This document shows, one piece after another, positions 1 through 11,727 of a DNA stretch of 64,000 nucleotides (within the stretch, counting starts at the first letter, position 1; each line of letters begins with the position of its first letter). The stretch is from Lepidodermella squamata (Eukaryota > Animalia > Gastrotricha), in contig JBLDXI010000013.1 in assembly GCA_047495785.1 (NCBI GenBank), positions 3,286,001 through 3,350,000 on the forward strand. Direction: 5' to 3'. A program made the translations under genes and the position numbers. Below the pieces are notes generated by a model. It was not told where the DNA came from. It did no database searches and was given only the letters and a program-made list of their open reading frames with translations.

Positions 1-1493
1 GTCCGTATCGCTGCATGGCAATCAACCATGGCGGCGGGAATTTGTCCTTATTCGGCCCAACTGGCATGCCGAGGGCGACGCGTAATTCATCGGAAAATGT
101 ACCGGGTTTTTTCTCGCGCAATTTCGTCTCCATTTCCTTACCCTCGTAATACAAATCACCGTGCGAACTCATCGGCGGTTTGGTTTGGTACCGGAAGAAA
201 GCGTCGTGAAGCTTTTGGTAATCAATCTCAATTTTACCCATTTTCGGCCTCACTTTCTCCCGCATTTTCGCCTTCAACGTCTTCTTATCGTCCTTTTCAA
301 GAACTGCCTCTCTCATGTCCTGAATACCAGTCATTCGAATACATTCCGGCAACTCGAATGGCGGTTTTACAAAGCCTCGTTTGCCCTGTAAATACTTCCG
401 CTTCATACACCAATGCCGCGGGACTGGGACTGTATTTCTCGCAGCTTTGAGGTGGAGAAGCAATATAGGGTCGCGAGACGTAACGTCGTGCCATTCTACC
501 AGATCCGGTCGATTTACAGATTGCTTCAACTGAGCAACTGACATCCTGTTCAATTTTTTCCACTTTTTCTTCGACATTTTCTCTTCATTGGCATTGTCGG
601 CATCTTCGCCGTCTTTTTCACGCTGGGCGGCTTCAAGGGCTTGCATTTCCGCCATGGCGGCCTTTGCCTTTGGAGCGAGAATTTCGAATTCCTCCGCTTT
701 TTCTTTCGCCTCGCGAACAGCGTCGTCTTCGTATTCTTTCGCCAGTTTGAAAGTATCGAAAATTCGGGAGAAATGCTGGTAATTCGGGTCGAAAACACTG
801 AGTGGGATTTCTACGGAATCGTTAACATACTCAATTTCGACTCCCTCGTCATTCGACGATTTCGCCTTGTCTTTTTCAGCCTCAGATTCTTCATTTTTGT
901 CAGTGCCAGTTTCCGGTTGACGCTTGTTGCTTTTAGCCTTCTTTTTCTTCAGTTTCTTCTTTTTGTTTCGTAATTTTGCTGCAAGGGCCTCTTTCGAATT
1001 TGAAGCCGCATTTTGCACTTCTTCCTCGCCGTCCTCGTCATCATCACTGACTTCAACAGCGCTGTCCGCAGTTTGAGAGACTCCGTTTCCACCTGCACGA
1101 TTGGCCTGGCCTTGATGGCCAAATCTGTCCATATCGCCGCCGCTTTCTCTTGCGCGTAAAACACGCTCGATGGACTGGGGTAGGCGTTCCGCTGGTTCAG
1201 ACTGTTCATCGCCTTCTTCGTATTGTTGCTGTTGTTGATCCCAATGTTGCTGATGGTGCTGTGGGTGAGGATGAGACGGAGGGCGCCCATCGAAAAGCGG
1301 CGGAGGAGCACCGCCACCGGGTGGAAAATGTTGCATCTGCGGCGGAAAATGTTGAGGAGGAAAACGGGGAGGATCTTGAAAATTATAAGTAAATGAATAT
1401 GGACGAACTCGAATTGCTCAACTTACATGGGTGCTGCTGACCAGGTGGGTACCCAGGCTGCCCATAAAATGACCCAGGAGGCAAGCCGGACAT
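1..1493 (-). CDS. SF3B2: Splicing factor 3B subunit 2 (SAP145), 5' part; continues beyond the window edge
   Basis: Exon 1 1493-1427 (MSGLPPGSFYGQPGYPPGQQHP, donor GTAAGT), then a long open exon running to base 1: VAQLKQSVNRPDLVEWHDVTSRDPILLLHLKAARNTVPVPRHWCMKRKYLQGKRG...KMGKIEIDYQKLHDAFF...PPPWLIAMQRYG, the conserved SF3B2/Cus1 core. Absent from the ORF track because there is no stop in the window. Confidence 0.95.
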
Positions 1494-1708
1494 TATTTTT
1501 CAATGGTAAAAACTATGATGAAAAAATAGACCAGTTGATATTTCAAGCCAATTAAATTAGACCAAAAGTTAGTTAGGCAGGAATAAATAATAACAAGCAA
1601 TTATTATGCAAAAAGTCACATGATGCCTCCATAAATAGCCAAATAATAAGTCAAACGAGGATGTGCGAATGAAAGAGAAGTGATTCCGTATATGGAATAA
1701 TAATTAAC

Positions 1709-2128
1709 TCATTTTTTCTTATTCTTATTCCCAGAGCCGAACAGCGAGTTAATAGCGACAGCACCAAGGGCGCCAATCAACACGCCGCCCAGAGCGCCAA
1801 GACCGACAAGCATCCCCGTTTCAATATCTTCGTCGGTTATGCCGGAGGATGATGCATCAGCTGAAGGCTTTGGTTGCGAGCTGCCGTTCGCTTTTCCGCC
1901 TTCTCCCAACGATTTAGGACGCGGATCAACATTTGATGAAAGTCCAATGCCGTAAATGGGATAAATCTGTGCGGCAGTGAGTGGGTGACGGCAAGATGGA
2001 CAGTTATGCTGGCGTTGAAGCCATGCTTCTAGGCACACCCAGCAAAAGAGGTGACCACAAGCCGTGCTCACGGGATCTCTAACCGTTGAGTAGCAAATCG
2101 CGCATTCGCATAGCGAATTATCCGACAT
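1709..2128 (-). CDS. C3HC4 RING E3 ligase with C-terminal TM helix, RNF5/RNF185-like (copy 1)
   Basis: CAIC...CGHLFCWVC...CPSC RING, then IYPIYG..DPRPK (RNF5-type PLYG..DPR motif) and a hydrophobic C-terminal segment; single coding exon. Confidence 0.85.
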   Translation of the reverse strand: MSDNSLCECAICYSTVRDPVSTACGHLFCWVCLEAWLQRQHNCPSCRHPLTAAQIYPIYGIGLSSNVDPRPKSLGEGGKANGSSQPKPSADASSSGITDEDIETGMLVGLGALGGVLIGALGAVAINSLFGSGNKNKKK

Positions 2129-2654
2129 TTTAAAAAATAAGTAAAATCTATGAAATCAGATAATTTTTAGATCAGCTATAAGAGAGACGTTGGTCAACTT
2201 CGGAATATTCCAGCGTTAGTTGAGAGCAACATGTTTCTTTACATTTTTGAGCGATTGAGAAGCTGTCAATCGCCAGAATATATGCAGAATCGTAATAAGG
2301 AACGGGGTAGGCATAACGAACTTTTGCTGAAACAAACGAAAATTGCTGGCTCGTGCCGAACCACGCTATTTTGCATGTGAACAACATTTGTTGTAACAAA
2401 CATTTTATAACTAACTTGCTCTGTAACGAACGCCGCCAGGTGGCTCGCTCGTGTGTTGGGGCTTTTTACCATCGTTATTACGAACCCCAAGGTTTCAGTC
2501 TATTTTTTGAATTTTTATCTGAAATGAAAGCTAAGGAAGCCAAATTAGAAATTCCGGAGGAAGAAATTCCTCATCCGATGAATCATATCGTGAAACTTCA
2601 GCCAAATCTGGTCATCGAATGAGACAAATCAGATCACAGTGCCGAAAATGAATA

Positions 2655-2735
2655 AGAAACTCGAATAACGAGGTACCAAGGCTGCCCAAAAAATGACCCA
2701 GGAGACAAGCCAGGCATTTTTCAACGTAAAACCTA
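2655..2735 (-). pseudogene. Degenerate duplicate of SF3B2 exon 1 and its upstream acceptor
   Basis: GGTACCAAGGCTGCCCAAAAAATGACCCAGGAGACAAGCCAGGCAT aligns to about 1448-1493 of SF3B2 exon 1; the 3' part of the exon and the donor are deleted. Confidence 0.75.
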
Positions 2736-2922
2736 AGATAAAAATGTGAAGAGACCAACTGATACTTCAGGTTAATCAAATTGGAAAAATTTAATAAGGC
2801 TTGAATAAATATAACAAAGAAATGATCACGTAAAGTCTGATTAGCCCATAAAATGCCAAATCAAATGAATAAGCTGAAAGAAGATTTGCGAATGATAGAT
2901 AACTGATGCAGTGTATATAATA

Positions 2923-3342
2923 TTATTTCTTCTTGTTTTTATCTTCAGAGCTAAACAATGAGTTGACAGCAACAGCTCCCAGAGCACCAATCAAAACACC
3001 GCCCAGAGCGCCAAGACCGACAAGCATTCCCGTTTCAATATCTTCGCTGGATAAGCCGGAAGAGGATGCACCAGCTGAAGGCTTTGGTTGCGAGCTGCCG
3101 TTCGCTTTTCCGCCTCCTCCCAACGATTTAGGACGCGGATCGACATCTGATGAATGTCCAATACCATAGAGGGGGTAAATCTGTGCCTCAGTGAGTGGGT
3201 GGCGGCAAATTGGGCAGTTACGCTGCTGTTTAAACCATGCTTCCAGGCACACCCAGCAAAAGAAGTGACCACAAGCCGAGTTCACGGCATCTCTAACCGT
3301 TGAGAAGCAAATAGCACACGCGCATTGCGAATTATCCGCCAT
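2923..3342 (-). CDS. C3HC4 RING E3 ligase with C-terminal TM helix, RNF5/RNF185-like (copy 2)
   Basis: Same length (139 aa) as 1709-2128 and closely similar in sequence; the flanks are also homologous. Confidence 0.85.
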   Translation of the reverse strand: MADNSQCACAICFSTVRDAVNSACGHFFCWVCLEAWFKQQRNCPICRHPLTEAQIYPLYGIGHSSDVDPRPKSLGGGGKANGSSQPKPSAGASSSGLSSEDIETGMLVGLGALGGVLIGALGAVAVNSLFSSEDKNKKK

Positions 3343-3489
3343 GTTAAAAAATATGATCTATTAAATCAATAAATAGATCAGAAAGCTATCACCACAAGTG
3401 AGAGGCGTTGGTCAACTTCGGAATGAGCGATCATGAGAGTAACATAGGTTTCTCAACATTTCAAAGCAAATTAGCAGTCAACAAGCATT

Positions 3490-3771
3490 TTCACCCCACT
3501 AATATGATAATCCCAGTCGGGTCAAATTGTCCCAAATCGATTCCGTAACATAACTGATAGTCTCGCGACCGAAAAAACCTTTAGGGGACGTCTAGAGTGT
3601 TTATTATCTCTCTTCGATCCTTTCGACGTTCCAGACTTAGGATGTCGGAGACCGGACCCCCGACTGCCTGAAAAAAGAACGAATAAGGATTACTTGTCAC
3701 CAATCACCAAGCAAGTATAAAAGGAAGTTTCTAAGGGTGAGGAGCGTTTGGAATTGTTTGCCAAGGGTTAA
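3490..3771. mobile_element. Possible decayed piggyBac-type non-autonomous element
   Basis: Right end AAGGGTTAA (3763-3771), a degenerate left end TTCACCCC, and a subterminal near-palindrome GGGTCAAATTGTCCC (3519-3533). No coding remnant. Confidence 0.2.
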
Positions 3772-4456
3772 CATCGACTACTCAAGCTAGCTCCTGGACT
3801 TTTCAGCGACTAATATGTAAGTATAAAGTATGTCTCTCGCACTTTCATTACGGAGGCATAGGGTAGTCACTATACAAAATATGCCGCGAATCAGATGTTA
3901 TTCTCGGCTTCGGATTCGGCTCATAAACCACTCACGGAAAGTATTACGCGTTTTCCACCAATCAAATTGCGACAAACAGCATTTGACGATTTCAAAGGAA
4001 AGATCCTCCATATTCCATGTTCCACCTGTGGTGATCTATTTTCTATTTGAGGGATGCAAGATGAATAGGATAAATTTGGGGTATCATGAATAAACCGATG
4101 TATGCCTTATGCCTCATCTCTGCCCTCTCAGCAGTCGGGACATGCGATGTCAAAAGCACAGCAGGTTATCAAACGCACAGGTTAACGTTAGATTAAAACT
4201 CAGCGAAAAATGGAGAAAAATGTCGCGTAAAATATAATCATCTTCAATAATTTTTGACACTAGGTAAAATAAATTATATGTAAAATTATTTGAATTTATA
4301 TAAATATATTTACTGAACTATCAGTTTTTCAGGCGGCGAATTCAAAATTTATCAACGTCCCTTAGCCGACGGAGAAAGTTTTTTGCCCATCTTTCTTCTT
4401 CCTTTCTGTGTGTATCCAATATCCAACCAACTGTTTTCTGTACTCTGTATTTCGCT

Positions 4457-6265
4457 ATGAACGAAAAAAAGCGAGGAACTACAGCTATCAAGCATGTTCT
4501 TGATAAATACTCTAGTATCGCAACGTATGACGAAGATGGAGCTATACCGTTCGATGAGATTTCTAATGCCGACGTCGACCTTCCTCCCATGGGAATGTCT
4601 CCCGTTTCTAACCTGATAAGTAAGTATGCCGAAATTGATCATTTTCTCCTCATTGTGTTTCGCGACCTTTGCCTTGATCACCAGAAAATTTGGATATTGC
4701 GGATTCTAGACCGAAAGCCGGTAAGAAGGCCAGCGCACTGTCATCTCCCGCTCGAATCATCTCTCGAGGTAGATTTGCCTGCAGCCTACGCATCCCTTCT
4801 TTTGTGTTCTAATACGTTTTTCTCGATAACTTGACGTAGGTAAATCCCCAAAGCAAGTTACTTACCCCGAAAGACAACTCAGAGAGGCAAGAGAGGACAA
4901 CTCGCGAACTCGAAATATTACCCATAACCCATCGCACACCGATCGTGCTAACTTTGCCGACGATGCAGATTGTCTGCCAAATGCAGCAACTCCCACGCGA
5001 CGTCGGATACAGCTTGATTCGGCTACTCAGCATTTTAACGCGGAAGCCGAAAATCTTGGACCTCTCGATGATCTAGCATCACTGGAAGAGATGCTGAACG
5101 AAATTAAAAGGAATAGGTCATCTGGAAGTACGAGTAACGAGCAGATGGATGCTCTTAGATATCAGTTGGAGCTGTTCAGTACTAAACAAGTGCATCGGCA
5201 AGAACAAGAGATGCATGTTCAATCTGCAAGGCATCAGCCACGGGAAATTGAGGAGCAGCGATTAAAGGATGCTCAATCGAATAGCAGAAGCCAAGGTCAT
5301 TCCAGGGTTTCGATGCAGAATCCCCTCAATGAAGAACAACCTAGACACAATGGCAGGCCCGCAATGGCGTCTCAGGTGAAAAATATGCAAGGTATTGTAA
5401 GCTATAATCACCAGTTGGACCAAGAGCGACAGCTGACCCAAGGTAGAATGTCGTTCGCAGTCGATGCCTCGAATTACACTTTCGAAAGCGTCAGTCAACA
5501 GCAACCAACTGAACAGCAGCTACAGCATCAAATCAACTCAGCTCAAGCTCAAATTAGAGCCCGGCAATCTTTACAACCGCAAGCTGCGAATTACGCGTTT
5601 GAAACTGTTGATCAACAGTCTTCGGCTCATCAACAATTGCAGCAACAAATCAACTCAGTTCAGGCTCAAATGGGAGCTCGCCAGTCACTGAAACCACAAG
5701 CTGCAGGCGTTCGCCGCATTACTCTTCAGCCTCAAAACGCCGAAAGTCATAGCAATGCAATGAATGCAGTAAAAACCTCAGTTGCTGCAGCCATGCAAGT
5801 GGGAATGACTACACCTGCGCCCAGCAAAGCCGAAGAAGAGAATCGACATGATGTCAGCTCGATGACGCACAACACTACTACATCTGTGCCTTCACCAGCT
5901 CCACAGAGCTTTCCAATCATAAAAGCTGCCCCAAAGTTATTGCCCGACGTCGACATTGAATCGATGGGTGACACATTGTCGATTGAATCAACGGTAGGAA
6001 ATCACAAATCAGTATCAACCCCTTATGACTTTGCGAATTTCAGCTTCCGGATTTGATTAAATACTCACTGCAAGTCCGTCTTACCGACTTGGGATACGCT
6101 CGAAACCATCCTAACCTGCTGCGCGCCCAGCAGTGGTGTTACCAAGCGATTGCGCATGAAGTTAATTTTTGCACGACTAATAACATCAAGCTTCACTACT
6201 GCACTTTGAAGCGTCTTATTTCAGCATTCGCCAGAGCTGGTGCCTCAATATTTCCGCCGTCATGA
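4457..6265 (+). CDS. Unknown-family protein A: conserved N-terminal motif, Q-rich disordered middle, C-terminal helical domain
   Basis: Exons about 4457-4619, 4685-4768, 4840-5992 and 6044-6265 splice in frame via GT-AG introns; both termini are paralogous to 6352-7847. Confidence 0.8.
5472..5705 (+). repeat. Two copies of a 117-bp (39-aa) coding repeat
   Basis: NYTFESVSQQQPTEQQLQHQINSAQAQIRARQSLQPQAA / NYAFETVDQQSSAHQQLQQQINSVQAQMGARQSLKPQAA. Confidence 0.85.
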
Positions 6266-6351
6266 TTTTTAACCGTCTTGTTCTTTCGTTTTAAAATTAG
6301 TAGGGTTTTTCATCTCATTTGTTTGCAATTGATCTTAGGTGTTATATTGTA

Positions 6352-7847
6352 ATGTTTCCGTCGTCTTCACGCGGGTCACTGGCGATGAGACATGTTTTGG
6401 ATAAGTATTCAAACATGGCGTCCTTCTCTGAAGAAGGCGGTATTCCGTTCGACGAGGTCTCAAATACTGATTTCGACATCCCGCCTATGGGAATGTCGCC
6501 AGTTTCAAATCTTATCAGTTAGTTTTTCTGATAATATGAATTAATTTGTCATTGAGTTTGGAAATTTGCAGAAAAAATGGCTAATAATCGAGTGAATGAC
6601 CCAAAAAGCAATTCATCTACGCCGATTCGAAACAACAGCCAAGGTAGTTTTCAATGCTTGAACATTAATACGATGGCAAACTTTTCCTCTGCAGCTTCTC
6701 GGCGCGCTGTATTGTCGAAAGTCAGCTCTCACAACGATGAAATCCAGTCGGAATCGGGGGCCGAGCCAATTAATCGACCACCCCATGGCCGCCCGTTCAA
6801 TGCCCAGAAATCCACGTCATCAGCGTCAGTTAACGGCCGAGCTTATCTTTCCGACAAAGGGAACCAGCAACCTCAGAAACAAGGTTACGATATAGCCCGC
6901 CAGAGCGCGTTGTTGGAGGAATTGAAGAAGGAAATGGACATTTTAGCGGCGAAAAATCGCTGCGAACAGCTGATGTATCAAGTCGAGGCTACGCAAAGTT
7001 TGACCGAAATGCCAAGGCCCCAGCCGCAGAACTCGAGAATTCGAGTTTCTTCATCATCAACTGGCGTCTATGCCCCGGCTGGCAGGCAGAATGAAAACGT
7101 AGCCCCGCGCGATTCCCACATTCCACGACCTGTTGGACCCAACCGGGCTATGCAGAATCTGAATCATGTGACGTATTCGCAGGTTACGCAATCGGCTGAA
7201 GTCGAGATCGTCTCTGAGGATGAGGGTATGCTCTTTTCAATTAAGTTCGATATTTTATAAGACAATTTTTATTTCAGATGTCGAAGAGCATGTTGATGGC
7301 TTTGCTAGAATGACTCGCAATGTTGAAGCCCTTCAACCGCGATCAACCCGAGAAAGTGTTCCAACTACCCGTCAACAAGCTCGACAGCAGCAGCAATTCA
7401 ATCCGAATGATTTGAGCACTGGTCCGATTAGCGACTCGAATAGAAGCTCGAAAAAGCCGTCACGTTCACTACAAGAGCAAGAAACCAAGATTCACGAGCC
7501 CCAAATTCTGCATAACGCAACTGTGTTGAATGAAAACCCCGATCCTAGTAACGATTTGACCGTCGAAACTACTGTAAGTTGATTGAAAAAGCTTGGATGA
7601 ATTGATGTGTAATTTTTTCTGTGCATTTTAGTTGCCAGATTTGATCAAGTATCAGCTTCAAGTTCGGCTCGAAGAGTGTGGTCTGAATCGCGGTAATAAA
7701 AATTTCCTTCAGGCCAATCAATGGGCTTACTTCCACGTCGCAAGTGAAGTCAATTTGCGACTGGCCGAAAGTAACCAAATGTCGTACTGCTGCCTGAAGC
7801 GATTGATTGCTATGATGGCCCGAGTTGCGGTTTCTATCTACAAATGA
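6352..7847 (+). CDS. Unknown-family protein B, paralog of A
   Basis: Shares HVLDKYS...IPFDE.SN.D.D.PPMGMSPVSNLI and the final exon LPDLIKY.LQVRL...QW.Y...A.EVN...YC.LKRLI...AR; first and last intron positions are conserved with A. Confidence 0.8.
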
Positions 7848-8973
7848 ATAAGTAGTGGAATATTCTTGTTGCGATTTGCTGCCTTTTTTCTTGTCATTCG
7901 ACCATTTTGCATGCTTACCATATATATTCTGGCGCCTCGTTGAGTCTTATGTTTAATCTTTTGTTTATTTACCCTCATTTTCGGACAATAAAATTTGATA
8001 ATAACATTGCCCTTCCGGCAAAAGGACAAAAGAGCTGGGTTTTGTTGCAATTATTTCGCTGGGAGATATGGTGGAAAATTGGGAAAGCTTTTCCAACCGA
8101 GGCATGAATAATTTCATCACAAGACCAGAAAATTTTAAAGCAGCATTCTGAAACTGGTTTGCCCAAAAATTGAACTTTGCCAACCTCGTTTTCCCAAAGC
8201 TTGGATGGGTTTCAAGTTGTGACAGCTTGCTTCGATTCTGAATGCCAATCAACTAAAGCACGAAACACTTCATGCAAACAATATCTAGGGATAGCGAGAA
8301 TAGACCTCACGGAGCCACTTGGGACCTAATTTTTGCTGCAGAGTTTTCGAACTTAGTTCATAGAGGCTTCGGAACCTCAGAGATACTTATTGGTGTAATT
8401 GATTCTCTAGTTAGGATTTGATCAAAAGCTGATGGATGCCCTTCCTCAGCAAATCGTGTTTCGAAACTCGTTGATGCAAACTTCGTTCTAAGATTCATCA
8501 ATGTCGGATAATTTTAGCCGCGGATGAAATTAGTCTTGTGTCTTGTATCGGGTAAAAATACTTCTGTCGGACGTTTCCATCAATCAAGGAGCATTTCATG
8601 CCCCTGGAAAATGTTCCGATTGTAAGGCTGACGTTTTATTTCAGGCTAACTTTCAGCGTGTCAACTTATTTGTCCCAGGTGGAGAGAAAGGCATACAAAT
8701 TCAGGAAGGTTAAACATAGCAGAATTAATTATTGACATTTAGTCTGACGGCTCTATTAGTGGAAATTTTCGAACCATGTCAGGTGTAAGTCACGTTCTCC
8801 TAAATTGAGGATGAGCCTGCCATAGGTAATTAGAGCATCACTCAATCAACTGTGTCAAGTCTGGCTTTATTGCAATCAAATCAATTATAATTAGGTTAAA
8901 CAAAACATAATAGCGAATTCGTAATTTTGATCTGAAATTTTTAACCTAGATTCAGGTTCAACAGTTCATTTGA

Positions 8974-10231
8974 TCAAAAATAGTGGATTTCATCCCTGGT
9001 ATCGTCGTAATCTTGCACCGGTTTGATCATAGCAGCAACTTGGCTAGAACGTGGCGTGTCGAATTCACCGGTAAAATTCTCCTTGCTTTCGCGATGAATT
9101 GAAAAGGAAACGTCATCCTGCGACGACACGAAAGTCGTCTCGGTAACCGACGAATGCGGCGTAGAGTCTTCATCTAGCGGCCGCAGCATTCGCCGCATTG
9201 TTTTGACCTCGGATATGTTCGGCATCGACGAAACATAAGCCATGTTAGTGTGGCCAGTGGCGTCGTAACGAGTCGATAGGGCAGCTGCTGAACGGATTGA
9301 GTTCATCCGGGGTTTTTGACCGTCGCCTATATCCATGTGTTTCGCTAAAATATGCATTTCCCGCTTCCGCTGCTTCTCCTCTGCCTCCTTTTCCAACTTC
9401 TTTTGATTAAGGTGTAGCAGAAGGTTGGCCACACCCTTTTTTTTCGAAACAAATATTACAGAAAAATGACATAGAACACAACAGACTGACCGTTCCTAGC
9501 AGTAGAAGAAGAAACCAAGCGCTATCACTTGATAGTAAAATGCTCATTGGAACATAAAGCCCGTGGTCGTCAATAGTGACTTTGAGATAGCCAGCTACCA
9601 TTAGGGCATCAGTTAAATTTCCGTCGATCATACTGCCCGCAAAGCAATAGACTCCATTGTCTTCGAGGGAAATATTTCGAATTTCTAGCGTACTTGTGCC
9701 AGAATCTACGTCCCAGACAATCGTGTATTTCCTGAAGAAATTAATGAAATTATTGTTTTACTCGAAGAGAGTTCGGCATTTACGCGCTGTTGTTCATGGG
9801 ACCCCATTTTGTGAGGTTATCGTAATTGTAGTAGCAATAAGGACGCTCCATTATCAGGTTATCCAAGTCTGTGGTGCTCCAATCCCGATACCAATGCCCT
9901 GAAAATTCCAAGAAATTAAGGAACGCCGGAATACAAAAGATTTTTCATTTTATGTTCAAAAAATTCAAAATTTCGAGAATTAAAGAGAAAAATTCGCGTT
10001 TTGCTTTGTTAGATTTAGGGATAGTGACTTGCCATAAAGAGCAGGTTCACCCAACAAATCTGCCTCAAAAACTATGTCGCCCCCGGGAAACCGGGAGAAT
10101 CGTGCGTATTTCAGCTCAGGCTCGATTTTGTCATCGTACGGCGACGCAAGAGCCGGCGGGAGTGCTTTCAAGAGAATGAAAACAGCTGAAAATATCAAGA
10201 AAAAGCTCTCATGCAGGTGGCGTTTTGTCAT
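8974..10231 (-). CDS. Type I membrane protein with a single Ig-like domain (paralog 1)
   Basis: Signal-peptide exon 10231-10033 (GC donor); exon 9898-9784 containing HWYR; exon from 9731 with LEIRNISLEDNGVYC...GYLKVTIDDHG; a 55-nt intron 9490-9436 within the TM segment; long cytoplasmic tail. Confidence 0.7.
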
Positions 10232-11727
10232 CCGATAATCGACGCTAAACTTGAAAAACGACTTGCGAACCTCAGCAGCAGCAGGTTTTCAGCTAGAACA
10301 AAAGTAATCGTGTTATTCACGTCTAAGATGATTAGAATGCCGCGTGATAGCCGCAACGCTTCGCGCAGAGTTGCTTATCTTATCAGCTTTGTCGTTGATA
10401 ATTGTACACTGGTAGCGAAAAACAAGTTAGCCACAGCCTGATTTATTCAATTGATCTCACATGACGCGTATCAAACTGATGACCCACTTCGCCTGATTTT
10501 ATAAAAAAAATCACCACATTCATCATCATCATTTGAATCATCGAAAACAATAAGCTCTTCATAACGTCGAGGAGGCGGCGGGCGGTGAGTCGACTATGGT
10601 GGAACTCAGAGAGTTGCAAAGAGAAAACTCAGGAAAAACTTTCATTATCGTCATTTTTCCGGAAAAAAAATCATCGTAATTGCAGCCCACTGAGCGGATC
10701 TCAAATTCTCCAACCATTTTTTTTATCATCAATAACGAAGCAATACGGTTGCGTTTATCGTAGGTATATAGGCATATCATATATATCGACACTCATTTTT
10801 GTCGTCTTCACAAGTCGTTTTCTTTTTCCGCAGTTTTTGAACAAAATTTATAGATATTCATGTTAGATAGTATAAATCAACTTCAATTCAAACGTTCAAT
10901 AACAGGCTGTATCGAGAGAGAAATGAGGTATTTTTCCGCTCGCAAAGTCAATTTCTCCGAAGTAAATTTATCAAAAAATCGCAAGTTTGATGTTTCACTT
11001 CCAACAGCGTACTGTGTATAATCGCGTACAAAAATTGAAGAGGACCGAGAAAGAAAGCATAAATCGCGTGTAATAACCGAACAAAGAAAAACAGAACAAT
11101 AACGAATACAAGGATGCTACAATTCATCATAATATATTTTTCATTTTTACTGAGTTTACACCAATAAATTGCAGATAAGGTTCTCAAACGTACAGCATCA
11201 TCACCCTATGAAGGTTGCACTAACTGATATGATATTTAGAATATAATTATTAAATTATTAACAAACGACAACAGTCTAGCGAATAAATTCTGACGAGCTA
11301 AGATCGCGACTTTTATTGCTTCATTCGAATGCATTCAATTAAATTCAACGACGAAGAAAAAAAGAAGAGAGAGAGAGAGAGTAAAAAATGTGAGCTGGCG
11401 CAACGGACGTACAAAATTTCGTTTTTAAAAAAAGATAAAAATCGACAAGAAATGAATTCATTTGCCCAGATGCGTATGTGTCCTGCTCTTTCGAATCGAA
11501 CTATGATCTTCACTTGTTTATTCGCTAGACATTATTTAGAAGTAGGATACCGACGGAGGAACGAAACAAAATGTGATACTCTTTTTTATCATCGTGACTT
11601 CTTACAACCCTGTTTCACATAGAGAGAACAACAGAAGTATAACAAGACACTACCGTTCAATTTTCTTCTTATGCATTTTCAATGTTGTGTAATTATTATA
11701 TAGAGTCAGCTTGTCTTTTCGTTTTTT

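Larger units (their letters stand above)
1400..3470. repeat. Tandem segmental duplication (units about 1400-2250 and 2655-3470)
   Basis: Colinear similarity across SF3B2 exon 1, the spacer, the RING CDS and its upstream region (e.g. CGTTGGTCAACTTCGGAAT near 2188 and 3406). Confidence 0.85.

Noticed and set aside
28-1392. Several ORF-track entries on both strands
   Set aside because: They are shadow frames of the long SF3B2 exon.
9407-9445. Apparent frameshift at an A8 run joining ORFs 9407-9631 and 8974-9432
   Set aside because: A 55-nt GTCAGT...AAAG intron (9490-9436) joins the frames in phase 0 and gives a sensible TM helix, so no recoding is needed.
10559-10792. Short minus-strand ORF between HSF and Ig paralog 1
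   Set aside because: No domain and no clear splice connection to either gene.
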